DNA of 64,000 nucleotides from Paraspadella gotoi (lineage: Eukaryota > Animalia > Chaetognatha): the NCBI GenBank assembly GCA_051294375.1, contig CM119269.1:11452883-11516882 (forward strand), in the 5' to 3' direction. This document shows positions 23,951-35,072 of the stretch, piece after piece (the stretch's first letter is position 1; each line of letters begins with the position of its first letter). A program made the translations under genes and the position numbers. Below the pieces are notes generated by a model. It did no database searches, was not told the DNA's origin, and worked only from the letters and a program-made list of their open reading frames with translations.

Positions 23951-24345
23951 CTTTGTCGGTCCGTAGGTCCACCCCCTCAATATTGTCGGGCACTAACTTA
24001 TATCATGTCAGAAAATTGAATTATGATAAATTATGCTCAATCAAACACATTTATCAAACAATTTTATTCAAATCCAACCATCCAATCACGAGTAATTGGT
24101 GTTTTTTGCTAAGGTGGGCCGTCCGTCCGTCCGTCCGTCCATCCATCCGTCTGTTCGTCCGTCCGTCCGTCCGTCCCACCTTAGCAAAAAACACCAATTA
24201 CTAGTGATTGGATGGATGGATTTGAATAAAATTTTGTGTGTGGGTAGGGAAGTGTGTGATTGAGCTGGATATGAAGTTTCCATGAAATCGTCCGAGTGGA
24301 AATGAGTTTAAATGGAAAAAACAAAAAAATATATTTCACTATTTC
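23950..24345 (+). mobile_element. Truncated Helentron/DINE-like non-autonomous element
   Basis: (GTCC)n microsatellite inside an inverted repeat. Similar to 24569-25991. Confidence 0.6.
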
Positions 24346-24568
24346 TCATTTGTCACTGTAGTAAGTCGTATTTTTTTTATTAATACCAAAAACAGCAATA
24401 ACATAATCAGAAACAGTAACAGTTACCTTATTCAGCCTGCAGCACCTCGCGGGAAGCCGTAGAGTTTTTAAAGTTTTTATCTTTTTAGGAAAATTTGATT
24501 GTCGGTTTTTTTAAAGTTTATGAAGAAAAAGTTGTTTTGAGGTGTTTTTAAAGTCTCTTCATTTTCCC

Positions 24569-25991
24569 TTTTTAGTCGGATCTGCTTATCAGCAGATCCC
24601 GACTCTATAATTCACTTTGTCGGTCTGTCGGTCCGCCCCCTCAATATTGTCGGGCATTAATTTATATCATGTCAGAACATTATGATAAATTATGGAAAAA
24701 AAATGATGTCCGTCCGTCCGTCCGACCTTGGCAAAAAACACCAATTACTCGTGATTGGATGGATGGATTTGAATAAAATTTTTGTGTGATAGGTAATTTG
24801 TGTGATTGAGCTGGATATGAAGGTTTCGATGGAATGTCCGAGTGGAAAATGAGTTTAATGGAAAAAACAAAAAAAATATATTCACTATTTGAACACCAAT
24901 TGCCCTCATGAGTGGATGGGCTGATTGACCTGGAATTTTGTATGTGTGTAGGAAAGTGTGTGATTGAACAGGAAATCAATTCGATGGAATAGTTTGAGTG
25001 GAAATGAGTTTAAATGGAAAAAAACAAAAAAACCTGTTTCACTAATTGATTATGCTTCTTTTTCCTTTTATATTAAATGTATATGCAGGATGTATTAATA
25101 AACCAAATAATTAATCAGTTAATTAATCAATTAGTATATAAATTAATCAATAATTAATTAATTAGTCAATCAATCGTCCATCCGTCCCATCTTAGCAAAA
25201 AGCTCAATAACTCGTGAATGGCTGGTTGGATTGGAATTAGATTTTGTGTGTGAGTAGGATAAAGTAGGATAAAGCTGGATATAAAGTAGGATAAAGCTGG
25301 ATATAAAGTTTCGATGGAATCGTGTGAGTGGAAATTAGTTTAAATGGAAAAAACATCAGTCGCATTTACTAAAATCTTTTTACTTATTTTAACCAATAAA
25401 TACTCTAATTATCATAATTGGATGGATAGATTGAGTTGAAATTTTGTGTGTGGGTAGGAAAATGTGTGACGAAGCTTGATATAAAGTTTCGGTGGAAACG
25501 TACCAGTGGAAATGAGTTTAAATAAAAAAAATATGAGTCACATTTACTTGAATCTTTTTATTTATTTTAACCCATGATAGATTGAGATGAAATTTTGTGA
25601 GCCGGTAGGAAAGTGAGTAAGAAGCTAGATATAAAGTTTTGATGGAATGCAAGTTGAAAAAATGATGCAAGTTGAAAAAAAATGATGCAAGTTAAAAAAA
25701 TCTTAAAAGCAATTGCAATTGCATAAAAAGAGAGAGTGAGAGAGAGAAAGAGGGAGAGTGAGAGAGAGAGTGAGAGAGAGAGAAGGAGACATAAAATAAA
25801 ATAGAGGATGTTTGTTTGTTTTGATAAAATGTAAACAAAACATTTAATAACTGTCCTGACTCAATTTTAAGGACATCGATAATGACAAGCTGAATATAAA
25901 TTATAATTAATTATTAAAATTAATTAATTAATCGATTAATTAATTAATTAATTATCGTAGGCAGATCCGACATTGTTTGCTCAAACTTGTT
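24569..25991 (+). mobile_element. Helentron-associated (DINE-1/HINE-like) non-autonomous element
   Basis: 5' TTTTAGTCGGATCTGC hairpin, GTCG/GTCC microsatellite, 3' subterminal inverted repeat GCAGATCCGAC plus a GTTTGCTCAAAC stem-loop, and T-rich ends. Internal 18-bp satellite units. Confidence 0.7.
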
Positions 25992-26187
25992 AAATAGCAA
26001 ACGTCGTTTTACGGTGTATTTAAAGTTTTTATCTGGAAAAGTCGATTGTCGGTCTTTTTAAGGTTTTTTCTCTTCTTTTATAAAGAAAAAGTTGTTTTCA
26101 GGATATTTTAAAGTTTTTATTTCTTTTTAAATAGAAAGTCATTTGCCGATGTTTATAAAGTTTTTATCTCTTTTTAAATACCAAGAG

Positions 26188-26769
26188 TAAGGCGTAGTGA
26201 AAATTACATACAAAAATTCTAAAAGTCAATTAAGAACAACATACCATCAGTGAACATTAATTTGTAAAAAAATTAATTTTATGTTATTTAATTTTTGCAG
26301 TAGGCTATATTTACATATAGTATTATCCTTATAAAATCGAAAATTTTAAAATAGGCTTTTCTTGATTTTAATTGCAGATTTGAATTCCTTGTGAAAAGTC
26401 GATAAAAGAAAATATAAATCATTTTTAAAAATTCTTTCATTAAGTAGGTTAAAAATTAAAAAAACTATATTTAATATATAAAAAAATAATTTTAATTTTA
26501 TTATATAAAGAATTAATTTATGACCCACTTAATGAAGGAATTTTTCAAAAAGAATTATCTTTCTTTTTATCAACTTTTTAAATCTGCAAAAAAATTTTAG
26601 AAAAAACTGTTTTGAAATTTTAATATTTATTGGTTTAGTACTAGTATAAATATGGCCTACTGCATAAATTGTAAAATTTATTATAATTTTTTTTATTAGT
26701 ATAATGTTGTTCGTTCCTTACTTTTAGAATTTTAATTAAAGTTAAATTTAGAAATTTTACTACGCCTTA
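26188..26769. mobile_element. hAT-like MITE
   Basis: TIRs TAAGGCGTAGT..AAA / TTTTACTACGCCTTA with an 8-bp TSD ACCAAGAG (26180-26187 and 26770-26777). Confidence 0.85.
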
Positions 26770-28046
26770 ACCAAGAGTCTTTGCCGGTGTTTTTAAAGAT
26801 TTTATCTCTTTTTAACTAAGAAAAGTCAATATTGTCGGGCACACACTTGTATCATTTCAGAACATCGAATTATGATAAATTATGCAAAAAAAATGATGTC
26901 CGTCAGTCCGTCCCACCTTAGCAAAAAACACCAATTACTCGAGATTGGAAGAATGGATTTGAATGAAATTTTGTGCGTGAGTAGTGAAGTGTGTGATTGA
27001 GCCAGAGATGCAGACGCGATCCGGGAGGCGGACTAGAACGCGCGGAGGCGCATGTTTTTTTGAGGTGGCGAACTTGGACTAGACAAAAATTTGGAGAGAA
27101 GGGAGGCGAATGCGGAGGCGCAAAAAACGTTGCGCGTTCGCCTCTTGTGCTTTTTTTATTAGATGAAAATCAAAAGGTTTTTGCCAAATTAAAAAAAAAT
27201 TTCTAGTTCTGTTTATATTTATTTTATCTAATAAGTTGTACTTAAGCATATATTTTTATATCTTTTCTTTTAATACATTCTTTCACTCAATTTATTCCTT
27301 TTTTATTTTAAACAAAAGATAATTAGTTAATTTATAACTACACAACCCTAACCCTAGCCTACGTAGTATAAAATATAAGAAAAACCTTATAACGAAACTA
27401 CTCAACCCTAACCCTGTAGTTCAACCCGAAACTGTTGTTTGCCAGTGTGTTTAAAGTTTTTTATCTCTTTTTAACTAGGAAAAGTCGCTTTCGGGTGTTT
27501 TAAAAGTTTTCATCTCTTTTTAACTAGGAAAAGTCTTTTGCAGGTTGTTTTAAAAGTTTTATTTCTTTTTATCTCTCCGGGGATGAAGAGGAGGGGACGA
27601 CGAGAGGAGGAGGAGGAGGCGTTGAGAGGGGGAAGAGAAGGCCCGGGGGAAAGAAGGTTCTGGCTGTAGGGTGAGCCTCTATCTTAGGGTTGAGCAGTTT
27701 TGTTAGGTTTTTCTTATATTTTATACTATGTAGGATTGATGTGAGGTTGTGTAGTTATTTTTATTAGAATTTCTCGTGAGACCGCCAGTGCGAGGCCCGT
27801 GTCTGTGTCCCCCTGTGTTCCGGCCTCCCGTGAGGGAAAGTCTGCATGGCCGTCACTGAGCAGGAAGGAAGATAGATTGGGTGCCATCCGGGGCAGGCAG
27901 GCAGCGGGCGTTGCCGCGATGCCGCGCCTAGACCGCGGTATCGCCACCGCGAATCGCCATGAGGCCAATGTACTAGATATGTCGTTTTCGAACTTCGTTT
28001 AATTAAATCCTGTTATGGTGGACTAAAATCCACCAACCGTTCATCA

Positions 28047-28118
28047 GCGGCCATTGGTGCCGGAGGCAAGTCATTCGCCTCCCAACCCAAAGGTCCGGGG
28101 TTCTATCCTGGTGGTTGT
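28047..28118 (+). ncRNA. tRNA-like Pol III head within the mini-LTR
   Basis: GCGGCCA/TGGTYGT acceptor-like stem, A-box-like TGGTGCCGGAGG, B-box GGTTCTAKCC and tRNA-Gly-like TTCGCCTCCCA. Confidence 0.65.
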
Positions 28119-28121
28119 CTT

Positions 28122-28194
28122 GCAGTTAAGAGGGACAGGGGCGCTTAACCGCCTGTAACATGGTGTACAGCCTGATCCGAAGCTCAGGGACTGC
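28122..28194 (+). ncRNA. Twister-like ribozyme (permuted) in the mini-LTR
   Basis: Same layout as 42166-42240, with a few mismatches or indels. A second copy is at 28543-28614. Confidence 0.6.
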
Positions 28195-28742
28195 TTATAT
28201 TGAACGGTTCTGTCACTAACACATAACAATAATTACTGTCTCTTCATTGGTGAGCCTGACTTCCGAACACAAACAGCAACAACAACACTTTCAGGCGACA
28301 TGCCTCAACTGGCGATGCACTTTCTGCCCACAAACATCAGCGACATGCCTCAACTTGGTGACGAACCTTCCACCAACAACAACAATTCACTGAAGAGGAC
28401 GCAAACAGACTTCTCCCTAAGGGAGGGGGGATGTATGGTGGACTAAAATCCACCAACCATCTCATCAGCAGCCATTGGTGCCGAAGGCAAGTCATTCGCT
28501 TCCCAACCCAAAGGTCCGGGGTTCTAGCCCGGTGGTTGTCTGGCAGTTAAGAGGACAGGGCGCTTAACCCGCCTGTAACATGGTGTGACAGCCTGATCCA
28601 AGCTCAGGGACTGCTTATATTGAACGGTTCTGTCACTAACACATAACAATAATTACGGTCTCTTCACTGTGCTATTTTTAATACATATATTACAAGATTT
28701 AATTAGAATTATCATCAGACGTCTTTAAATTTATCATTGCAG

Positions 28743-28854
28743 ATTATAAAAAGACCAGAAGAGTTTATGTCAAGAGTCAAAAATTCGTCATGGATTTAGT
28801 TGCAGTTTTACCGACGGATATTTTTTTTCTCGTCACTAACAGTTCACTAATAAG
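28743..28854 (+). CDS. CNGB: CNG channel beta-type subunit, S3 exon
   Basis: ttgcag|...|GTAGGG. Encodes YKKTRRVYVKSQKFVMDLVAVLPTDIFFLVTNSSLI-R, and its phase joins the next exon. Confidence 0.85.
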
Positions 28855-30109
28855 GTAGGGATTAGCAGTATTCGACGAAATTTTTATTATTCTATCGACC
28901 GAAAAATAATAGGGAATTTGATTCCAAAAAACAAGGCCTTTTGAAATAGTTACTGTATGGAAAATACTAAAAAGAAAATTTTTTTTTTTTTAAATATAGA
29001 TACTGTAAGGTTAAGTTTAACTAAAAACCGAAAAAGNNNNNNNNNNNNNNNNNNNNNNNNNNNNNNNNNNNNNNNNNNNNNNNNNNNNNNNNNNNNNNNN
29101 NNNNNNNNNNNNNNNNNNNNNNNNNNNNNNNNNNNNNNNNNNNNNNNNNNNNNNNNNNNNNNNNNNNNNNNNNNNNNNNNNNNNNNNNNNNNNNNNNNNN
29201 NNNNNNNNNNNNNNNNNNNNNNNNNNNNNNNNNNNNNNNNNNNNNNNNNNNNNNNNNNNNNNNNNNNNNNNNNNNNNNNNNNNNNNNNNNNNNNNNNNNN
29301 NNNNNNNNNNNNNNNNNNNNNNNNNNNNNNNNNNNNNNNNNNNNNNNNNNNNNNNNNNNNNNNNNNNNNNNNNNNNNNNNNNNNNNNNNNNNNNNNNNNN
29401 NNNNNNNNNNNNNNNNNNNNNNNNNNNNNNNNNNNNNNNNNNNNNNNNNNNNNNNNNNNNNNNNNNNNNNNNNNNNNNNNNNNNNNNNNNNACCGAAAAA
29501 GAATCTTTCAAATAAGAAAAATATTGGAATAGTACAAAAAGCAATATTCTTTTTATTGTAGCGCAAAAACTAGGCTTTCCTCGCAAAACCTCTGGTTACA
29601 GGAGATGCAAATGGATTTTCTCTCAACAAATTGATCATTCTTGATTCCCAAAAATGATGCGCAAAAATGCGCCAGCAGCAGTTCTGGCGATAGTCATTTT
29701 ATATCATTTTTCCTACTGTATATTAAGGCCTATGAATCATCCATATGTATGAAACTTATATAATATATATATTATGATCTTAAGATTTATTGTGCCCTTT
29801 TTCTGCTTACAACAATTCCTCCTTTGCTAAATATACTTGATACCTAGAATTATTATAATGGGCAATATATTTATTATAGTCTTTATTTTTAACCATTTTA
29901 AAACATAAACCTAAAGAACCATGTTGATCCAAAATTTCTGATACTTTTAAAAAAATTGGTCCACTGGCTTTTACGTGGTGTATCTTCGTTTCTTTTATCT
30001 ATGATTTGAGATTTATTTTCGGTATTCATTTTTTCTTTGAGTTCAAAGAATTAAAACCGAAAAATAAAGAGAAAAGAAAAGGGAGGAAAGGGAAAGAGAT
30101 GAGGGGATA

Positions 30110-30840
30110 AAGTGGCGCAGTTTTACGTCAATTTACGCCATTCTACGCCAAAGCATCTAACTTAATAGTTTTATTTTCGAAAATGAAAAAGTTTTTACGC
30201 CACAAAATTAAATGCTATTAATATGGTTTTCTGTTCATTTTACGCCATTCTATGCCAAACCTGTATAAAAAAGGCCGGAAAATATTTAAAACAACTTAAC
30301 TAAGTAGTTTTTACTAGAAAATAAACAAAAAGTTTTTACGCCACAGAATTAATTAATATTTATATGGTTTTTTGTTCAGTTTACGCCATTCTACGCCACA
30401 TCTGTATAAAAAAGGCCGGATAAATCTTTAAACCACTTATCTGAATAGCTTTTACTAGAAAATAATCAGAAAGTCTTTACGCCACATCATGATATCATAT
30501 TAACGGTTTTACTTTCATTTCACGCCATTTTACGCCACAATTCTTTTCCAAATTAAATATAAACATTTACAATTATTTAATTTGATATATTTTAAATTTT
30601 TTTTGGAAAAATCATTAACGCCACATATGTAATTAGGAAATAATACGTTTTGGCGTAGTTTTTACGCCACCAGCGCCAGCAACACGTAAAAAAAAAAAAG
30701 AAATCAAATCTGAATCCAATACTACAATGTATTCTTAATTAGAAAAAGCGTTTTTCAAAATTTTGGTTGAATATCCTTGACAGTAGTAAGAGGCAGAAAC
30801 GTTACTCCAAATTGACGTAAATCAGTTGGCGTAAATCAAA
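30110..30840. repeat. Cluster of TTTACGCCA motifs within ~120-bp diverged repeats
   Basis: More than 12 copies of (T)TACGCCA, with a few inverted TGGCGTA copies. Confidence 0.75.
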
Positions 30841-30904
30841 TATTTAAAGTCAAACTTTGAATTAACGATTAAAGTACACTTCGTTAGGCCTAATATAAGG
30901 TTTA

Positions 30905-30966
30905 AAACCATCGATGAAAAAAATCAGTATTTTTACAATTTTAGTGCAATACCCTAAATAAGGTAC

Positions 30967-31016
<50 letters not shown>

Positions 31017-31250
31017 CATTTAACTCTTTCCATCCCAGATTAAACCGTCTGGTAAGAGAGGGAGAGAAAGAGAGAGAACCATTTAACTCTTTCCATCCCA
31101 GATTAAACCGTTAAGGTAAGAGAGAGAGAGATAACCATTTAACTCTGTCCATCCCAGATTACACCGTTAGGGTAATAGAGAGAGAGAAAACCATCGAATG
31201 AAAAAAATCAGTATTTTTACAATTTTAGTGCAATACCCTAAATAAGGTAC

Positions 31251-31290
<40 letters not shown>

Positions 31291-31446
31291 CATTTAACTC
31301 TTTCCATCCCAGATTAAACCGTCTTGGTAAGAGAGGGAGAGAAAGAGAGAGAACCATTTAACTCTTTCCATCCCAGATTAACCGTTAAGGTAAGAGAGAG
31401 AAGAGATAACCATTTAACTCTGTCCATCCCAGATTACAACCGTTAG

Positions 31447-31487
<41 letters not shown>

Positions 31488-31680
31488 GAGTGAGTGTATA
31501 CCGGGGAGGGAGTAAAGAAGTCCATATAACTCTTTCCATCCGCAGATTAACCGTTAAGGGTAAAAGAGAGAGAGAGAGAGAGAGATATCAATTTAACTCT
31601 TTCCATCCCAGATTAAACCGTCAAGGTAAGAGAGAGAGAGATATAACCATTTAACTCTTTCCATCCCAGATTAAACCGTT
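30905..31680 (+). repeat. Tandem array of duplicated 3' splice site/micro-exon/5' splice site units separated by (AG)n
   Basis: Eight copies of TTTAACTCTTTCCATCCCAG-ATTAAACCGT(2-4 nt)G-GTAA precede the real acceptor at 31668-31669. Confidence 0.9.
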
Positions 31681-31849
31681 TCCTCAAGTTTCCGTCTTTC
31701 GTGCAATGCATTGACTTTCTTGACACCAAATCGCGCGGATGCACGCCGGCTTTGCGTGTAGCTCGCACGCTCTTGTACATGTTCTTTATGATTCATCTTA
31801 ACACTTGCTTTTTCTATCACTTTCTCGTTCCCGGCGATCACTTTGACAG
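31670..31849 (+). CDS. CNGB: CNG channel beta-type subunit, S4-S5 exon
   Basis: (R)LNRFLKFPSFVQCIDFLD...LRVARTLLYMFFMIHLNTCFFY. AG/GT boundaries. Confidence 0.88.
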
Positions 31850-31928
31850 GTAGAACACTTCTCGATTACGGCTTGCGAATTCTTCAAGAAGATGTAATAA
31901 TGTTATGTAATGTCATGTTACTTGACAG

Positions 31929-32023
31929 GCCGGCGTGCAAAGAGGACGTGGACCCTTATTTGGCCTGCATGTACTTTTGCATTAAAACTGCGACTTCGAT
32001 CGGAAATAATCCAAAACCCAAAG
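31929..32023 (+). CDS. CNGB: CNG channel beta-type subunit, pore exon
   Basis: YLACMYFCIKTATSIGNNPKP, a pore loop of the CNGB/TAX-2 type lacking the alpha-subunit TIGET glutamate. Donor GTAAGT. Confidence 0.92.
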
Positions 32024-32468
32024 GTAAGTTTGAGTTAGAATTTAGCAATTTTAAATATTTAAAATATGCATAGTTTAGAATTCTTAAAATTTTAAGTGAT
32101 GTATACCGTTAATCACCGTTATAGAAACTATGGGAAAATTTCGTGTTTTTAAAATCAGGATTTAAATATGTATATTAGGCCGGAACAAATTGAAAACTCG
32201 TTCTCTCAAATAAATAATGGTTAAGAGACTGTTAGAGAATATGGAAATGAAAATAATTTTTAAAATTTAGCTTATTAATAAGCGCACGAAAGCATTTAAA
32301 GATTATTTTATTACTATATAAAGTTTTTTTTTTTTTTTTTTTTAAATTTTTTAATTTTTTTAATAGATTCTGATAGAGCTTTAAAATTAATACAACTTTT
32401 TTAAATTTTTTTGTTAATTAAAAACGAAAATTTTCGTGGAACAACAATAAAGTTTTTTATTAACTTTG

Positions 32469-32503
32469 GACATGTTTCGGCTCACAACTCAAGCCTTCAT
32501 CAG
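32469..32503 (-). ncRNA. Minimal hammerhead ribozyme
   Basis: CTGATGA-A-GGCTT-gagttgt-GAGCC-GAAACATGTC on the - strand. Confidence 0.85.
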
Positions 32504-32552
32504 CATCTGAATCACAAATAATTTATTTCACAAACATTGAGAGAGAGAGAGA

Positions 32553-32592
<40 letters not shown>

Positions 32593-33925
32593 TCCAACAA
32601 AGAATTTAGTAAAGGAAAGTGGTCAGATGTGAGGACAGGTGAAGATGAGGACAGGGATGAAAAGGAGAGTGAATGTGAAATTGGTGAAAAGGGAGAGAGA
32701 AAGGGAGAGAGAGACACAGAGAGAGAGAAATAATAGTATACATTAGGCATGTACAACAAAGAAAATAGTATTATAAACTAGACATAACAAAGATTGAAAT
32801 AAATTAAATTAGGCTGTTTGTGCATTTTTGAAATAGTGGAATATTGAAATATTGAAAATGAAATGGAAAAGGATAGTTTGTGAGGGATAGTTAAGATAAA
32901 GAGGTAGAGAAAAATAAGTAAAGAAAGAGCTCAAAGTGAGCTGGTCCCCCCCCAGCCGGGCAAATGTGGATATTACTGATGAATTTCGGTTCATAGGCCT
33001 GTCATAGGTGTGAGAGAGTATTGTGGTGGAGTTAGTTTAGGCTGGGATCTGGTAATGCCCACCTGGAAAAATGCCCAGTGCCACTCGAATGTCTCTCTGA
33101 CCTGATAAGCCTGCCGAATGCCCTCCTCTCACCTGACGGTGAGGCGGGCGATTGCCTGTTCTGGCCTGTTTTGGTACAGGAGATACAGACTCCTCCCCCT
33201 CCTCCTGCAGCCGTCGTTTTGGGCGACGCTCGTACGAGGAGAGTCGTGCCAAGTTGCTGCAGGCTTGGGTGAGGCATCAGGTATCCATTGCCTGCTGAGA
33301 GGTCTCCGCCTGACCCGTTGAGTGGGGACGGGGGAGTCACCGTGCGGCTGAGGTGGCGTTGGGTGCTCCACCACAGTTTGATAAGCGAATATAGCTTGGA
33401 GGGAGGTCGAATCGTCCTCCATCACGATTCAAAAGAGGGCTCGAGGGCTTTGATGTAAATCGCCTCTCTAATACCTCTTGAGAACCAATTTTGGTCATGG
33501 GACAGCTCACTTTGAGCTCTTTCTTTACTTATTTTTTTCTTACCTCTTTATCTTAACTATCCCTCACAAACTATCCTTTTCCATTTCATTTCATATTTCA
33601 ATATTCCACTATTTCAAAAATGCACCAAACAGCCTAATTTAATTTATTTCATCTTTGTTATGTCTAGTTTATAATACTATTATACTTTGTTGTACATTGC
33701 CTAATGTATACTATTATTTCTCTCTCTCTGTGTCTCTCTCTCCCTTTCTCTCTCCCTTTTCACCAATTTCACATTCACTCTCCTTTTCATCCCTGTCCTC
33801 ATCTTCACCTGTCCTCACATCTGACCACTTTCCTTTACTAAATTCTTTGTTGGAACTCTCCCTCTCTCTCTCTCTCTCTTCTCTCTCTCAATGTTTGTGA
33901 AATAAATTATTTGTGATTTCAGATG

Positions 33926-33960
33926 CTGATGAAGGCTTGAGTTGTGAGCTGAAACATGTC
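33926..33960 (+). ncRNA. Minimal hammerhead ribozyme
   Basis: CTGATGA-A-GGCTT-gagttgt-GAGCT-GAAACATGTC. Confidence 0.85.
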
Positions 33961-34375
33961 CAAATTAAAAAAAACTTTATTGTTGTTCCACGAAAATTTT
34001 CGTTTTTAATTAGACCAGCTCACTTTGAGCTCTTTCTTTACTTATTTTTCTCTTACCTCTTTATCTTAACTATCCCTCAACAACTATCCTTTTCCATTTC
34101 ATTTTCAATATTTCAATATTCCACTATTTCAAATGCACAAACAGCCTAATTTAATTTATTTCAATCTTTGTTATGTCTAGTTTATAATACTATTTATCTT
34201 TGTTGTACATTGCCTAATGTATACTATTATTTCTCTCTCTCTGTGTCTCTCTCTCCCTTTCTCTCTCCCTTTTCACCAATTTCACATTCACTCTCCTTTC
34301 ATCCCTGTCCTCATCTTCACCCTGTCCTCACATCTGACCACTTTCCTTTACTAAATTCTTTGTTGGAAACTCTCC

Positions 34376-34407
<32 letters not shown>

Positions 34408-34443
34408 AATGTTTGTGAAATAAATAATTTGTGATTTCAGATG

Positions 34444-34478
34444 CTGATGAAGGCTTGAGTTGTGAGCCGAAACATGTC
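34444..34478 (+). ncRNA. Minimal hammerhead ribozyme
   Basis: CTGATGA-A-GGCTT-gagttgt-GAGCC-GAAACATGTC. Confidence 0.85.
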
Positions 34479-35072
34479 CAAAGTTAATAAAAAACTTTAT
34501 TGTTTTCACGAAATTTTCGTTTTTAATTAATCTCAACAAACAACAAAAGAAAGGATTAATACAATTTTTTTGTTTTATTAATAAATATTTTTAAAAAATA
34601 TAAAATTCAGCCAATGATGATGATGATAATGATTTTTTAAGGTTTTTTTTTATTTTTAACTAATTTATTGTCAAAATTTGAAAAAATTATAGTATTAACT
34701 TTCGTTTAACTTTTCAAGCTCTATAGGAATCCGTTCTTAAAAAATAAAATTTAAAATTTTTTTTAGTCATTTGTCATATATTAATAAATATTTAAAAGCT
34801 TCAGTGCAACAACTCAATGAACTAATTCAAAAGGTTGCATTGAAAATCGATTAAATAATAGAAAGAAGAGAGAAGATATAAAAAGTGTTCAATATTGGCC
34901 CGCCTTAATGTATATGTTTTGCGTTAATTATAGCACGTTTACATATCATAGTAACAGTTCTTTAATAAAGGTTTTCAATAAGAAATTTTAAATCCAATAA
35001 TTAGAACAAGCAAATTCTCTCCCTCTGTTTCTCTCTCTCTCCCTCTCCCTCCCACCCTTTCCCGCCCATCAG

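Larger units (their letters stand above)
28014..28666 (+). mobile_element. Miniature non-coding LTR element (TRIM/retrozyme-like), copy 1
   Basis: LTRs at 28014-28246 and 28434-28666, PBS TGGTGAGCCTGAC at 28248, PPT AAGGGAGGGGGGA at 28419-28431, and a 4-bp TSD CTGT. Confidence 0.9.
32415..34560. mobile_element. 5'-truncated Penelope-like element with inverted and tandem pseudo-LTRs
   Basis: The - strand 33502 to 33400 encodes the GIY-YIG C-terminus HDQNWFSRGIREAIYIKALEPSLNRDGG, followed by a tail to 32415. Inverted + copies of the ~520-bp tail lie at 33503-34011 and 34015-34560. Confidence 0.88.

Noticed and set aside
27333-27760. AACCCT telomere-like hexamers
   Set aside because: Only two or three units, lying inside a ~100-bp inverted repeat typical of a dispersed element.
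27770-28002. GC-rich block with short ORFs upstream of the mini-LTR element
   Set aside because: No recognisable domain or consistent splice model.
28047-28118. Functional tRNA-Gly gene
   Set aside because: The anticodon stem does not pair, there is no terminator, and it sits in an LTR. Treated as a tRNA-derived promoter module.
28957-29586. Long ORFs across the N gap
   Set aside because: Artefact of the Ns at 29037-29491. ACCGAAAAAG on both sides suggests the gap may be an unmerged overlap.
31015-31680. CRISPR-like repeat-spacer appearance
   Set aside because: Eukaryotic context, spacers are (AG)n rather than unique sequence, no cas genes, and the repeat is the exon's own splice acceptor.
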